This document shows, piece after piece, positions 51,761 to 64,000 of a DNA stretch of 64,000 nt. Position 1 is the stretch's first letter. Each line of letters starts with the position of its first letter. The notes below the pieces were generated by a model. That model searched no databases. It was given only the letters and a program-made list of their open reading frames with translations, and was not told where the DNA came from. The DNA is from Geosiphon pyriformis uo1 (taxonomy: Eukaryota > Fungi > Glomeromycota). The position numbers were made by a program, and so were the translations under genes. Location: assembly GCA_016748015.1 (NCBI GenBank), contig JAAOMT010000436.1, positions 1,941,511 through 2,005,510 on the forward strand, given 5' to 3'.

Positions 51761-54700
51761 GATAAAAAAATGACTAACTAATAAACAAAATTTGAAAAAG
51801 AATAAAGAAAATTATTTTTGGGTATAGGGTTTTTATTTGTTTTTGGGTTTGAATGTTTTTAATTATTTTACTATTTTTGATTTATGTTTTGTGTATTTTA
51901 AAGGGGTTTGTAAAAATGTTAAATTAAGTGTTCAAGTTTGGTTGTTGTTTTATTATAATTATTGGTTCTAAATTTCGGGGAATATTTTCAGAATTAACTA
52001 AAGAGGAATGTATACTAATTTGTGGAATTAATGGTTCAGGATTGTTTCTGGAATAATAGTGTTTCAATCTATTTCTATGTGCAACTTTTGCTAGTACTTT
52101 GTTATTAAGTCTTAACTTGTATGAGCTATTGCCTAAAATTTCATAAATATAAAATGGTTCATCCCATTTATGTTCAAATTTTCCACTCCATTGTTTTTTA
52201 GTCTTAGTTCTGTGTAAGAAAACTTTATTTCCAACTTTAAATTCGTTGGTAATTGGTGACAGTTTGTTGTTATGTTTTTTTTTGTAAGGCTTAGAAGTGT
52301 TCAATATGAGTGGCTGCTATGTGTCTTTTTTCTTCCAATGTACTAAGGAAAGTATCATTAATTAGTTGTACTGGATATGTTTTCATTGTGAAATTAATTG
52401 GTAATGTTGCTGTTCTTCCATAAGTAAGATCAAATAGTGTGTGTTTTATAGTATTTTGTTTTAGTGTTCTGTATACTAATAACACTAATGAAATAAAGAT
52501 ATTCCATTCCTGTTCAAAATTTGTTGAAACTTTGGCTAAAGATTCACACAATGTTCTATTGAATTATTCTATAAGTCCATTTGTTTAAGAGTGATAAGAT
52601 GATGATAGAAGTCTTTTGATATTAAATCATTCACAAATTTTTTGTATCAAGTTGTTCACAAAATGTATTCTTTAATCAGATAAAAGTTTGATTGGACATC
52701 TATGTCTACAAATAATGTCTTCATAGATGAAATTTGCTACTGATTTTGCATCTGCTCTTAGAATGGCTCTAGCTTTAAGCCATTTGGTAAGATAATTTAC
52801 TGCAACTGCAATATAATAATTTTCTTGGGTTGTAATAGGTAATGGTCCAACTAAATTAATTCCAACTCTGTCAAAAGGTTGTCCAACTTTGATTAGATTT
52901 AAAGGTTCTGTGGGGTGAGTTCCTTCTCTTTTTTAACAACTATTACAAGATTCTACATATTGTTGAATGTCTTTTTACATGAGAGACCAAAAATAATGTT
53001 CAAGTGTTCTTTGAATTGTTCCATTTTTTTCCAAGTGTGCTGAAAAAGGATCTGTGTACATGTTGTATAAGATTGTTTCTTTTTTATTCTTTTGTATTAA
53101 TTTGAGTGATTGCTTTGGATTTCTGCGATTTTTGTAATAGATTTTGTTATGGTGTATGAAATATTGTTTGGATTGGTGTTGTAATTAATGTTTTTTATTT
53201 GAAAACCAATTTTTTGGTATAGTAAGAGTTTCTAAATAGTTTTTAAGATTGTTGTAATTTCTGGGATCTATTGTTGTTTTGTTATTTGTTGGTAGGTTGG
53301 TAAGTTGTAGTGAATTTATTGGTGTTATTAATCTTGTCTTATTCTTAAGAAACTATTAACATTGGTGTGTAATTTTTCTGGTTTGTGGTGTACAATATAT
53401 TTGTAATCTGCTAAGAAATCATTTCATTAAGATTGTTTAACACTTTGTTCAGTTTTTTTTTTATTGAGCCATTTGAGACCAATATTGTCAGTTATAATGT
53501 TAAATTCTTTTCCATTCTTTAGATATTGTTGAAAATATTTAAGAGCCCAAATGACTATGGTAGCTTCTAATTCAGTTAAGCCATATTTGAGTTCTGTTGG
53601 CTTGAGTGTTCTATTGGCATAGACAATGATTTGTTTTTGGCTATTTTCATTTAATTGTAATAAGATGGCATCAAATACTATATGTGAGGCATTAGTGACT
53701 GAGTAAGCAAGAACTGGAGCTGTTGTTAGTTTTGTTTTGAGAATTTTAAAAGCTTTTTGTTGTTCTTTAGTCCATTAATATGGCACGTTTTTGTTGATAA
53801 GATAATTGAATGGTTTGGCAATTTTTAAGAATCTTTTTATGAATTTTTGATAATAGGAGGCTAATCCTACAAATTCTCATAGCTCTGTGGTATTTTTGGG
53901 AGTTTGAAAGTTTTTGACAGCACTAATTGTTCCAAGATTTGGTTTGACTTTATCTTTGTTAACAATGTGTTCAAGAAAGATTAAACTTGTTTTTCTAAAG
54001 TAACATTTCTCAATGTTCAACTTTAATCCTGCTTTCTGTAATTATTGAAAAACTTTTCACAAGTGAATGAAATAAGCTTCAAAACTTGGTGAGTATACAT
54101 TAGTGTTATCTAGATAAACAACTACTGATTGCTATAAGAGTCTTTTATATACAACATTCATGAGTTATTGAAATGTTGCTGGTATATTGCAGAGTTCAAA
54201 AAGCATAACATTAAACTCATAGTTCCCTCCTTGAGTGGTAAATGCTGTTTTGGGTCGATTTTTTGGGTTCATTTTGACTTGCCAGTATCCACTTTCTAAG
54301 TCTAAAGTTAAGAAGAACTTGGCTTTTCCTAAGACATCTAACATATCATCAATTCTTGGAAGAGGGTAGACATTTCCAATTGTCATATTGTTGAGCTGAC
54401 AATAATCTACACAGAATCTGATTTTTCATTTTTTCTTTTTAACAAAAACTACTGATAAGGCCCAAGGATTTCTTGATAGTTGAATCAATCTGTTATTAAG
54501 CATTTTTTGGATCTTTTCTCTGATAAATTGGTGGCTAGCAGATGGAACTCAATAGGCTTGTTGTTGTTTTGGTAGAGCATCTTCTGTGTAAATCTGATGT
54601 TGAACAATATCAGTTTTTCCAAGGTCATTGTTGTTTTTTGCAAATATATCTGCAAATTCAGCTATCAGTTGTTTCAATTGTCTTTGTTGTTGGGATTCTA

Positions 54701-55151
54701 AGGAATTCATGTTGATTTGAGAGAGTTTTTCTTTCAACAGATAATAGTTTTCAGTAGTAGGAGTAATGTTTGAATTTGAAAGTAAAGTATGTCTTATAAT
54801 TTCGATGAAATTAGAGACAATTTGAGGGTTTTTATTTTGGAAGATATTGCTGTGTATAATTTCAATTTTTAATTTATTTAATAAGACAATAGAGTAATTA
54901 TTGGGGTTGTAAAATATAACTCGAAATTTTTTTATTCCTTTGGAAATATAAACATTTGAGATTGAGATTTCATGCTTTAAACAGATTTGTTCATTAGATT
55001 CAAAGATTTGTTGGGTAGTGGTGGGTTTTGAGCAAGTGTAAATTTCGTGATATTCTCCAAAAAATAAAATAGTAATTGGTTGAAGAAGTTGAAATATCTG
55101 GTGAGATTTATTCTGTACATTGAGAGCTATGTTTACTGGCACTGTAAATCG

Positions 55152-55575
55152 TCCAATTGAACCAAAACCTTGAGTTCTTCTTTCACTTTTTCCCAATTGT
55201 TCTCTGTTCTTAACTGATTGTAAACCCAAAATGTTGATTAAGGGTAAGTAAATTGCTTGGGCAATTTTTTCAGCATGTTCAATCCTGAATGGTTTGTCTG
55301 TTTTATTTTGCAACATAATGGTAATGTTTTCATTATATCTTGCATCTATGACTCCTCCTTTGACATTGATTTCTTTGCTTGCCAATAATAATTGGGAAGC
55401 AATTTGTACTATTGTTTCTGGTGGTATTTCAAAAGCAATTCTAAGGTTAATTTTGGTTAAGGATTTTGGTTGAAGAACCAAAGTATTTTTGCCAAGATAT
55501 CTTAAATCATATCTTGTATCAATTTCATGGACTTTTTCTGGTTTTATTTTTTTTCCATTGTTGTCAAAATATTTG
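55152..55575 (-). pseudogene. dut: dUTPase domain within pol of gypsy family B
   Basis: Recognisable trimeric dUTPase motifs: PEKVHEIDTRYDL (=AGYDL), IASQLLLA (=RSSLA), GGVIDARY (=GVIDxDY), EKIAQAI (=DRIAQ), ERRTQGFGSIG (=RGxxGFGSTG). In frame with PR upstream and the pre-RT segment downstream. Confidence 0.9.
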
Positions 55576-58500
55576 AGTTATATAGCAGACTGGTTTTCAG
55601 TAAGATAGATTGGTGTGGTTGTAATTTTTTCTTTTGTTTCCAGTTTTCCAAATTCAATTTCTTCCTGGTCATTTTTGCTGAGTAAGAGGATGCTAAGAGC
55701 ATAGCATTCTAGACACTATTTGTCATCACAAAACATGATGTATTCTTTACACAATTGAATGTTTATTTGCTCTAATTGTTGAATTTGAGCTTCTTGGATT
55801 GGATATGTGTGGTTTGTAATTTAGTGGTATGTCTCTACTTTATCTTCATAGTTGAATCCAGCTAATTTCATTGTATATTCAATGTACTCAGCTTCTTTTA
55901 TTTGGTGGACATCTTTCTGTATGGCTTCATTAATTAAAGCCATTGCTAAATTAAAGATTATTTCAGCATTATAAGAATAGTGATAAAGTTTGTTAAGAGC
56001 TCTGTTGTATGCTGCATCAAAAGGTGTTCTTCTTTTAACTTTTTTCGAAATTGATAGGGCATATTGGCAGGTTTGGTCACATACTCCTTTTCTCATTGCA
56101 ACATTAATCCAATTGTATTCTTCTGATAGCATATCTCTACATGTGAGACAAGATGTGTTGTTCTATTTTCCACTTCTTTTTGGGAATTCAAATTGTTCTC
56201 TATGGCATGTTTTACAAAAGTAGCAAATGTGAGTTTCATATTCTTCTTTTGAGGAAATACAGGCTTTCATAGATGAAAGCTTCTTTTTGCAATCTTTACA
56301 TTTTAGTGGGATGTATGATAGTTCTTTTTGTAGTTCTGGTGTGAAATACCTAACCTTCTTCTATTTTCTTGTTTCTTCAAAAATTTTTTGTTCTGTTTCC
56401 CCAGCCCAATTGAATATTGATCCAAGAGCCATGTAAGTCTTAGTGAATGGCATTTCTTTTTTCTCTTCAAATTCAAATACTGGGGCTTTTTCTGATTGTT
56501 TGTTAAAAGTACCACAAGTAGCAGGTACTATAGTATATTGTTCTTGGTATGAGATTTTTAGTTCTTGAGTTTTCTAGTCTAAGTTTGCATTGGCCTTAAG
56601 AAGCCAATCATTTCTAACAAGAACTTGGTATTGGGATATATTCATAACTAGAACTTTGACTGAAATGGTAATTCCATTAATAGTGAATGGAAAATTGTCA
56701 ATTTCTCCTACTGGTCTCTTTTTTATACCATCTGCTGTAACAATTACAGTTTGGGCTGGTCTATTGACATTTCGATTGAGTTGTTGTATTAATTGGTAGG
56801 TGATGATACTTTCAGTGAATCTACTGTCTAGAATTAATTGAATAGGCTTTCCTTTTATTGTAGCTTCAGTGTACATAGCAGTGATAGCTTTTTGTTCATT
56901 GACTGCTGTATTGCTAAGCAAGAATGGTGATTTATTTGCTTTGAATTTGAATAAAAATATATCTGAAAGGTTAGTATTTTGGACAATTTGGGCTGGTAGA
57001 ATAGTATTGTTGGAAGGGTTTGATTTTGGTGCTGCAACTTTACTTTCAGAAAGTGCAATTTGTTGAAAATCCGATTCTTCAGACATTGTAAAATAACTGG
57101 ATTGAGTGTGATAATGATTGAGTCTTTGTTGACCAGAATTTCAAAGAACCAACTGGTTATTTGGGTTGATTCTGTTGTTGCTATTCTGAAATTGATTTTG
57201 GGGTGTGAATTGGTAATGTTGAACCAATCTTCTGGCTAGTACTTGATATTGTTGAATGGATGGTGTTTGATATTGCTGAATTGGTAAAGGTTGCTGATAT
57301 TGTTGCTGCATTGATTGTGAAGCTGGTTGATAGTAACTGTTTTGATTTTGTGGTCTTGGTGAATAATAAGTTGGTGGTAGAGGTCGATAATAAGATTGTT
57401 GTAATGAAGAGTAATGTTAATTACTCCTGTTTTGTTGGTCTCTTTGTAATTTTCTGCAATTTTGTTTTCAATGCTCTGAGATTCCACAGTAATGGCAATT
57501 TTGAAGTTGGTTGTTGGATGGTGATCTAAAATTGTTCTGGTTGCATCATTGTGAGAGTTGGTATTTTTGTGATTGTTTTTGCTTTTGTTGTTGATTTGTA
57601 AAGTAGCTTTCAACTTTTTTTGTGAGTTGGTCTATTTTCCCTTCAGCTGCTAAGCTGGTTTTTTCAATAGCTAGGTTAATAAGTTTGGTGTGGTTTGCTT
57701 TTTTTATTGCCATTTCATAGTTTTTTGCATGTCTAATGGCAGTTGCTAAGTCTGTTTGTGCATGTGAACAGACTTTCTTAATCAATTTGTCTTTTAATCC
57801 TGCTATGAATTAATCCAGAATCTGGGCATCAGAATAGTAGTCATTGGTTTCCAATTGTCAAATTCATTGAAGAAGTTTGTTGAATCTCCCAAAATAGGTC
57901 ATAACAGTTTTAGATGTTTCTTGTTTAATATTGCAAAAACAATTATGAAGAGTGATAGAGGTGTTGTTGTTGGTAAATTGTTGTAAAAAAGCATCTTTGA
58001 ATGCTTGCCAGTTTTCAAATGGTTCTTCTAAGTTTTCAAACTATTCTTTTGCAGTTCTTTGGAGAGAGTATGAGATTGCTTTGAGCATTCTTGCTGCATT
58101 CCAACCATTTGCATCTCCTGCTTTTTGAACTTTGTTAAGCCATTCTTGAGGGCTGGTATTATTGTTTTTACCAGTGAATTCTGAGATTTTTGCAATATAA
58201 GCAGTTGCCATTTCTTCTTTGTTTTCTGTAGTTTCTTCTTGTTTTGATTTAGTTTCTTTATTTTGCAAGTTCTCTGAATTATTACTTTCATTTTCTTGTA
58301 AGTAATCAATAATATTGGTGCTAGTTAATATGGGTTCCTGCTGTTGAGTAGGACTTTTAAGTAACTGAAAATCTTCTGGTCTTGAGAAATAGATAAGTGG
58401 TGAATTTGGTGTTTGTGGTTAAGCAAATGAAATTAGAAAGGGTGTAACTGAGAGTAGAAGTCTGGTGCTGGTTCCTTGTTCTGGAGTTTGCAAATGTTTG

Positions 58501-61430
58501 GCAGTTATTTTTGGTGTCTTTGGAGTGGTTGGGGTGATGTTTGAATGTTGCTTTTTTTGTTTGCCTTTGTTGCTTGTTTCTGTTTCTAATTCAAAGTCAA
58601 TAAAGTATCTAGACTGTACTGGGTATTTTTTTTCACAATACTAAATAATGCTGTAGTTAAGTTTTTGGAAGTAGATTGCAAAAGTTTCACTGTTCAGGTT
58701 TTCTGTTTCCAATTGTGAATAGTGCACTAAATTATTGTAGAGATTGCTTCTAACTTTTAAAATGTTGTAGTTTCCAAAAAGATAATTGTTGATGCAGTTT
58801 TTGATATATTGGTATACTGATTTCTTGACAGCTTCAATTCCGTCTGGAATATTAAATATTTGCTTACAGTGGGTGTAAATGGGTACAATGATGCCATTGA
58901 TTTCTATGGAGAGATCATTAATCTTGCCAATTGGAGTTTTGGTTACTCTATTAGCTGTTATGATTCTGGCACTGATAACATGATCAACTTGGTGACCTAA
59001 TTGGTCTACAAATTGTTATGTGATGATACTGCCTGCTGAACTACTATCTAAGATTAGTTTTATAGCCTAACTATTAACTTTAACATCAGTGTACATGGCA
59101 GTGATGGGTTTCTCTTCGAGCATAACTCTATTAAACAACAGTATTTGTAATAATTCTTTGAATTCAAATGGGAAAATTGCTGTTAGCAATTCATTATTGG
59201 TTATAGTAGCTGAAGATATATTGCTAGTAAGTGATTTGTTTTGGTTAAATTCCCAGTTGTTGGATAAGGTGTCTTCTGGATTAATTAAAAGACTTAAATA
59301 GTTCTGAAAACTCAGGTTTTAAGTATATCCAGTTTCTGAACTTCACTGGCATGATCTTAATAGCTAATTGGATAAACTGGGAATTAGTTGGTAGACAACC
59401 ATCACCAATTTCTAGTTTTGGGTAACTCTTGATCTGGGATTTTCTAATATTATCTAAGCTGAGTTTGGTGACAGTGTGGAAATTTGTTGGGATTGATATA
59501 TTATTTGTGGCTGCAGTTAATAAATAACTGGTGTTGAAGTTTGATAAATAAGTGGTTGATATATTGGCTGCTACATCATTAGTAGGTAGTTTTGATGATA
59601 TGGTTCTGGGTTTGGTTGGTAACTCGGAGTTTGAAACTGGCAATTGGGGTTTTGATATTGATTTCCCGATTATTGGTTGCTTATCTTTTTGTGATATTCC
59701 AACTGCAAATGTTCTTGTTTATCACAATAGTGGCAAACATGCATTTTTGGTTGCCATTGTTGATTGGTTGATGATGCTGGATGTGATTGATTTTGGATGT
59801 AATTAGAGTTTTCTTGATTATTGTATTATTGAGGAGGTTGATAAATTGTCTAATGGTTGTTAGCTAAGTATTTTTCTAATTTCTGATTGATAAATTCACT
59901 GAATTGCTTCAATTTGGAATCCAAGTTAGATGATCTGTTCATTATTAAATTTATGGCTTGGGCATGATTAGCTTCAAGTTCAATTGCTTCAAAATCTCTG
60001 GTGTTTGTAATAATGGCTTAAAGGTCTGCTGGATGCAATAGGCATATACATTGGAGGATGCTACTGTGCAGGCCTCTAATGAATTGGTTTAGAATTTGTG
60101 GTGCTGTAAAATAATCAGTCTGTATGGCCTGAATTTGGTGCAGATTTTTGTGAAAGCATCTCAAGTAAGTAGTGACTGCTTCATTTTTTCTTTGCTTGAT
60201 AATGGTAAAAGAGTTGGCCAATTGGTTGATGCTATTATTATTATTAAAATATTACAGAAATGCAAGCTTAAATATATTAAAATCTTGAGGTTTGTTAACC
60301 AAGCTCTGATACCATGAGTTGATAGTATCTTGGAAGAAGTATAAAATAGCTTGTATGGCTTGTGCATCATTCCATCTGTTGGCTGCAATGGTTTTTTCCA
60401 TATTGTTCAGCCACATTTGGGCATTGTCTTCCTTGTCTGTGAATTTTTTAAGTTTTACTATTGGGGTGTAGACTATTGGATTCAAGTTTGGTTGTTGTAG
60501 TGGTTGAAATGATAATTGCTAAGGTAGTATTGGTGGCTATTAAAGTTGTTCAGCAATTGAATCAATTGGTTGTTGATTAATGACAATTTTTGGAGATAAG
60601 TTTTGTTGATTAATTAACTCGAAGTTTGGATTGTTCAGAGTTTACTGGGTTTGAATATTTGGAGTTTCAACTTCCAGATTTTCTGCAATCGAATTTTGAT
60701 AATTAAATTCTTGATTTTTTTTTCTTTTTTTTCTGATGCCATTATCTTCTAAGGACTTGTAGTTCCGAAATCTGGTGGAGATGGTGGTGATTGAAATCCT
60801 AATGGTGTTGGTAATTGCATTTTAAATCCTTCAAAATAATTGCCATAAGTTCTTAATAATTTTGTTTTCTTTTGTTTACTTTGAAATGGTAGTTGTCCAA
60901 ATATTGATGTCACATTTGATGTGAACACATCTGTTGATGTAATATTGATGGTACTTCTGGGTATTTAATGATATGATAGATATAGTGGAGATTCAATTCT
61001 TTGTTTTTTTCACATTGGTAATTGTATTCTTTTTGGAGTTGCTGCTAGTGTTTGTAACTTTCCTTTGCCTTTATCTGCATAGATAATGGAAAATTGTTGT
61101 TGGGTGTATCTTTTAATTTCTTGATTAATTTCTCTAATAATTAGTACAAAACTGTAATTTTATGGTAAGTTGGTGTGTTGAATTAATTCTGTATAAAAAT
61201 TTTCTCTTGCTGATTTAATATCAACTGGTCTTTTCAGAAAATCTGTGATTCTTTTGTTGATGTAAAAGTTGAAGACTGATTCTGCTGGATAATGGTTGTT
61301 GGTTAAGCCTAATTGTTGGCTGTATTGTTGAAATAAGGATTTAGCAAATCCTAAATGGTTTGTCTCTATTATTTCTGATTCTGCCACTTTTGGACAATTG
61401 TTGTTGGTGCTGATTTTCTGTAGAATTATA

Positions 61431-61447
61431 CCTCACAGAAAGCACCA
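61431..61447 (-). promoter_or_regulatory. Primer binding site TGGTGCTTTCTGTGAGG of family A
   Basis: Lies 2 nt inside the 5' LTR; differs from the family C PBS by one transition. Confidence 0.8.
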
Positions 61448-61449
61448 AA

Positions 61450-62304
61450 TGTTACAGATGATTAATTAAGGTCTCAATGCAAATAACAAGTCTGTAACTT
61501 GGTATTCAATTGATATGATAATGTTGGTTTCTAAAAATTGTTTATATCTGAAGGTTTTTGTTGATTGAGTCCTTTGTATAATGGACAAAAATTCAATTGT
61601 TGTCTTCTCAGTAGCCTCCCAGAATCACAATTCTATCAAATTTTTTTCTCAGCATGATGACTGGTAATCTGGCAAAGATGCCCTTCTGGTAAGCTATTCT
61701 TTAATTTTCAACATTATACTCTTTCTTTGGAGTTTTTTACCAGATTATCTTTGATGTCAATAATTCAGCACTTTTACTCTTCAATCAATTAGTCAAACAA
61801 CAGAAATAACAAAAGAAAATAATAAAAGAGAACAGAAGAAATAAGCCAAGACAATGAATATTAATATCCTATTAATAGCCATAATCAAAAGCTATTGTTC
61901 TAATGTATTTAAGTATCAATTACTATCAACATAAAGTGTTGATAGTAGGGAGTAGATTTGAGATATTGAATGATTATTTATTGATATTTTGTGATGTAGA
62001 AGGTTACTTAGATCAAATCTAAACTGAGAGATCTGTTTTTTCTGCTTTTAATGCTACTGCTATATATACCTAATTTATGTTCTATGAGATTGCTCACATT
62101 TTCAAGTGATGTGCTATGATTTTTTAAGCAATGCTTACATTGTTAAACAATGTGTCCTAATTTTCTAACATCACTTCACATTGCTGAACAATGTGCTGTA
62201 ATTCCTAATATTGCTCTATATTGCTAAGCAATGTGCTCATGTGCTAACTACTACTCCCTTATTGGTCTGCTATTTTTTTATAACTGTTTTCTTTATGAGT
62301 AACA
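61450..62304 (-). repeat. 5' LTR, family A
   Basis: TGTTA...TAACA; 855 bp; direct repeat of 46591-47445. Confidence 0.93.
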
Positions 62305-62469
62305 ACATTAAAAAAAAACAATATTTAAAGTTTTTAATGATGATTTAACTTTTTTTTGGTAAAAATTAATTTTAAATTTTTATTTTTAAAATTTAATATA
62401 TTTAACTTTTTAATTATTATATACTTAATTTAGAAGTTAAAAACTAGTTTTTTTTTTTTTATTAACATT

Positions 62470-64000
62470 TAACAAGTAAAGCCCAAATGCCACTTAACAC
62501 AATATATCATACAAAATGATCTAAACTAAGTGCAAATCATGCACTTTCTACACATAACCAGCCACTCAGACCAATCAGAGCAATACTACAAATCTATTAC
62601 AATAGACACCACACTATTAAGATTAGCAAAAAAACAAGATAGCTTACAGAAACCAAAGCCAATGCCAAAGGCCTCAGCAATACTAAACAACCTGACAACT
62701 TTAACCAAAAGTAAAAAAGATAGACCATAAACAACAGGAAAGTCCAAGCTATTACTCACAATCAGACACTTTTTCTTCAAAATTGCCCTATATTTAGTTC
62801 TGACCAATTATATCTCAGCCCAATAAGCCATTCCCAAGCCACAAACAAAATTAATAACATTCTCACTAGCAAGTTTAACACCACCAAAAACCTCCACAGC
62901 TTCAACAAACCAATTCTTGAACAGAAAACTTTTACACAAAATGGTATACAAAACATTATCAGAAGTATACAGATAAAGCATCTGTAAGACTTAAAATGAT
63001 GATAACTCCAAATCTGGTAAAACACCCCACTTAGCATAAAATATCACAAATAGGTTACCACAAATTCCAGAGTCGAATACACAGACAAAAAAATGATCAG
63101 AATTCTTAATCTTTTCACAATAAAAACACAAAACACTAAGATATCTCTTGTTATACAAGTGCTTCAGAATGGCAACTAGCAGATGATAATATAAGGCTTT
63201 TATGAAGTAAGAACACAAATCAGCCATTGTTTTACTTGTAAAACCCACCAACATATGAGAGTCAAAATGCTAAACTAAGGCCATATAAATCCAATCCACA
63301 TTACCAACTAAGCAATTGTCAATAACACCAGAACCAGAGCCAACCTCTCAGTTAGCACAATGAATATATCCAAAAACCCCCTTAGTAAAATGGCAAACAT
63401 TCTTAAATACTATTATTCTACCAGCCTTAATAAACTTATCTTTAATCAAAACTGGAAGCATAAGATCTAAATCAGCAGTCATACTAGCCAGTTCATCAGC
63501 ATAGTTATTACCCAAAATGCCTGAATGTCTTCTAACTTTGTATCAAGAAACATTTAGTCTCTTATTCCTAATAGCTTTCACAATACCATGACATTTTATT
63601 CAACAATGATTTTAAAAATCTGGCAAAATTAGAGCTAACTTAGCAGCATAAGCATTCAAGGCAGCTTAACTGTCTAAGTATACTACAACCAAACTATTGA
63701 GAGGAACACATAACAAAGCCAAAGAAATAGCCTGCAACTCTGCTATTGTAAAAGACACCAACCCATCAATCCTAATGCCAATACTCAGACACAAGTCAGA
63801 AAAATAAGCAGCAGTCACACAACTCATCTTATGCATATCCAAATTTCTCAAAAACCTATTAGTATAGACATTAACAATATCCAAATTAACAGCCAAAAGA
63901 CTTTGTCTTAAATCAGAGAAGTCTTTAAAGCTATAAACATTTAAAGACTAAGAGTTAATATTAACCACTACAGCTGAAAACAAAGACTTGGCCAAGAAAT
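62470..64000 (-). mobile_element. 3' portion of a LINE (RNase H, C-terminal region, 3' tail), continuing beyond the window
   Basis: VYTNRFLRNL..IAELQAISLAL..YLDS (RNase H), LCFYCEKIKNSDHFFVC (CCHC), FGIGFGFCKLSCFF C-terminus; tail adjacent to a T-rich tract (polyA on -). Confidence 0.88.

Larger units (their letters stand above)
50103..58880 (-). mobile_element. Ty3/gypsy family B element lacking its 5' LTR (gag, PR, Cys-rich insert, dUTPase, RT, RH, IN, ORF3, 3' LTR)
   Basis: 3' LTR 50103-51072 with adjacent PPT. gag ~57100-58880 (SPQEWLNKVQKAGDANGW); PR 56574-57086 (LILDS); RT ~54000-54550 (YPLPRIDD, LDLESGYWQV, VYLDN); RH ~53350-53750; IN ~52000-53230. Confidence 0.9.
46591..62304 (-). 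mobile_element. Composite Ty3/gypsy element: family A shell containing a family B element
   Basis: 855-bp LTRs at 46591-47445 and 61450-62304, TSD ATAT/ACAT, PBS 61431-61447, PPT next to 47446. A-type gag/PR 58885-61390; A-type RH/IN/ORF3 47459-50102; B element in between. Confidence 0.9.

Noticed and set aside
54549-55481. Host or bacterial dut gene
   Set aside because: In frame with retroelement pol, intronless, inside an LTR element, and carrying the same transition damage.

Overview
Eukaryotic (fungal) genomic window, very AT-rich. Intron structure, gene sequences and TE families point to a Glomeromycotina/Mucoromycota fungus, plausibly Geosiphon-like (inference). A ~5 kb CpG-retaining island (about 12.5-17.6 kb) holds three intact spliced genes: eIF3j (-), a 123-aa tropomyosin (+) and a LAG1/LAC1-type ceramide synthase (-). 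Most of the rest is a nested graveyard of transposons decayed almost entirely by C>T/G>A transitions. It contains RNase H-bearing LINEs, ORF1-only LINE derivatives sharing the LINE 3' tail, a hAT transposon, five solo LTRs and three divergent Ty3/gypsy families (called A, B, C here). The gypsy families share 4-bp TSDs, no visible chromodomain and a homologous, unannotated ~210-235 aa third ORF between integrase and the PPT. A and C have a PBS matching elongator tRNA-Met. Family B also carries a dUTPase and a long Cys-rich insert in pol. All translations and alignments were done by eye; boundaries of degenerate elements are approximate.
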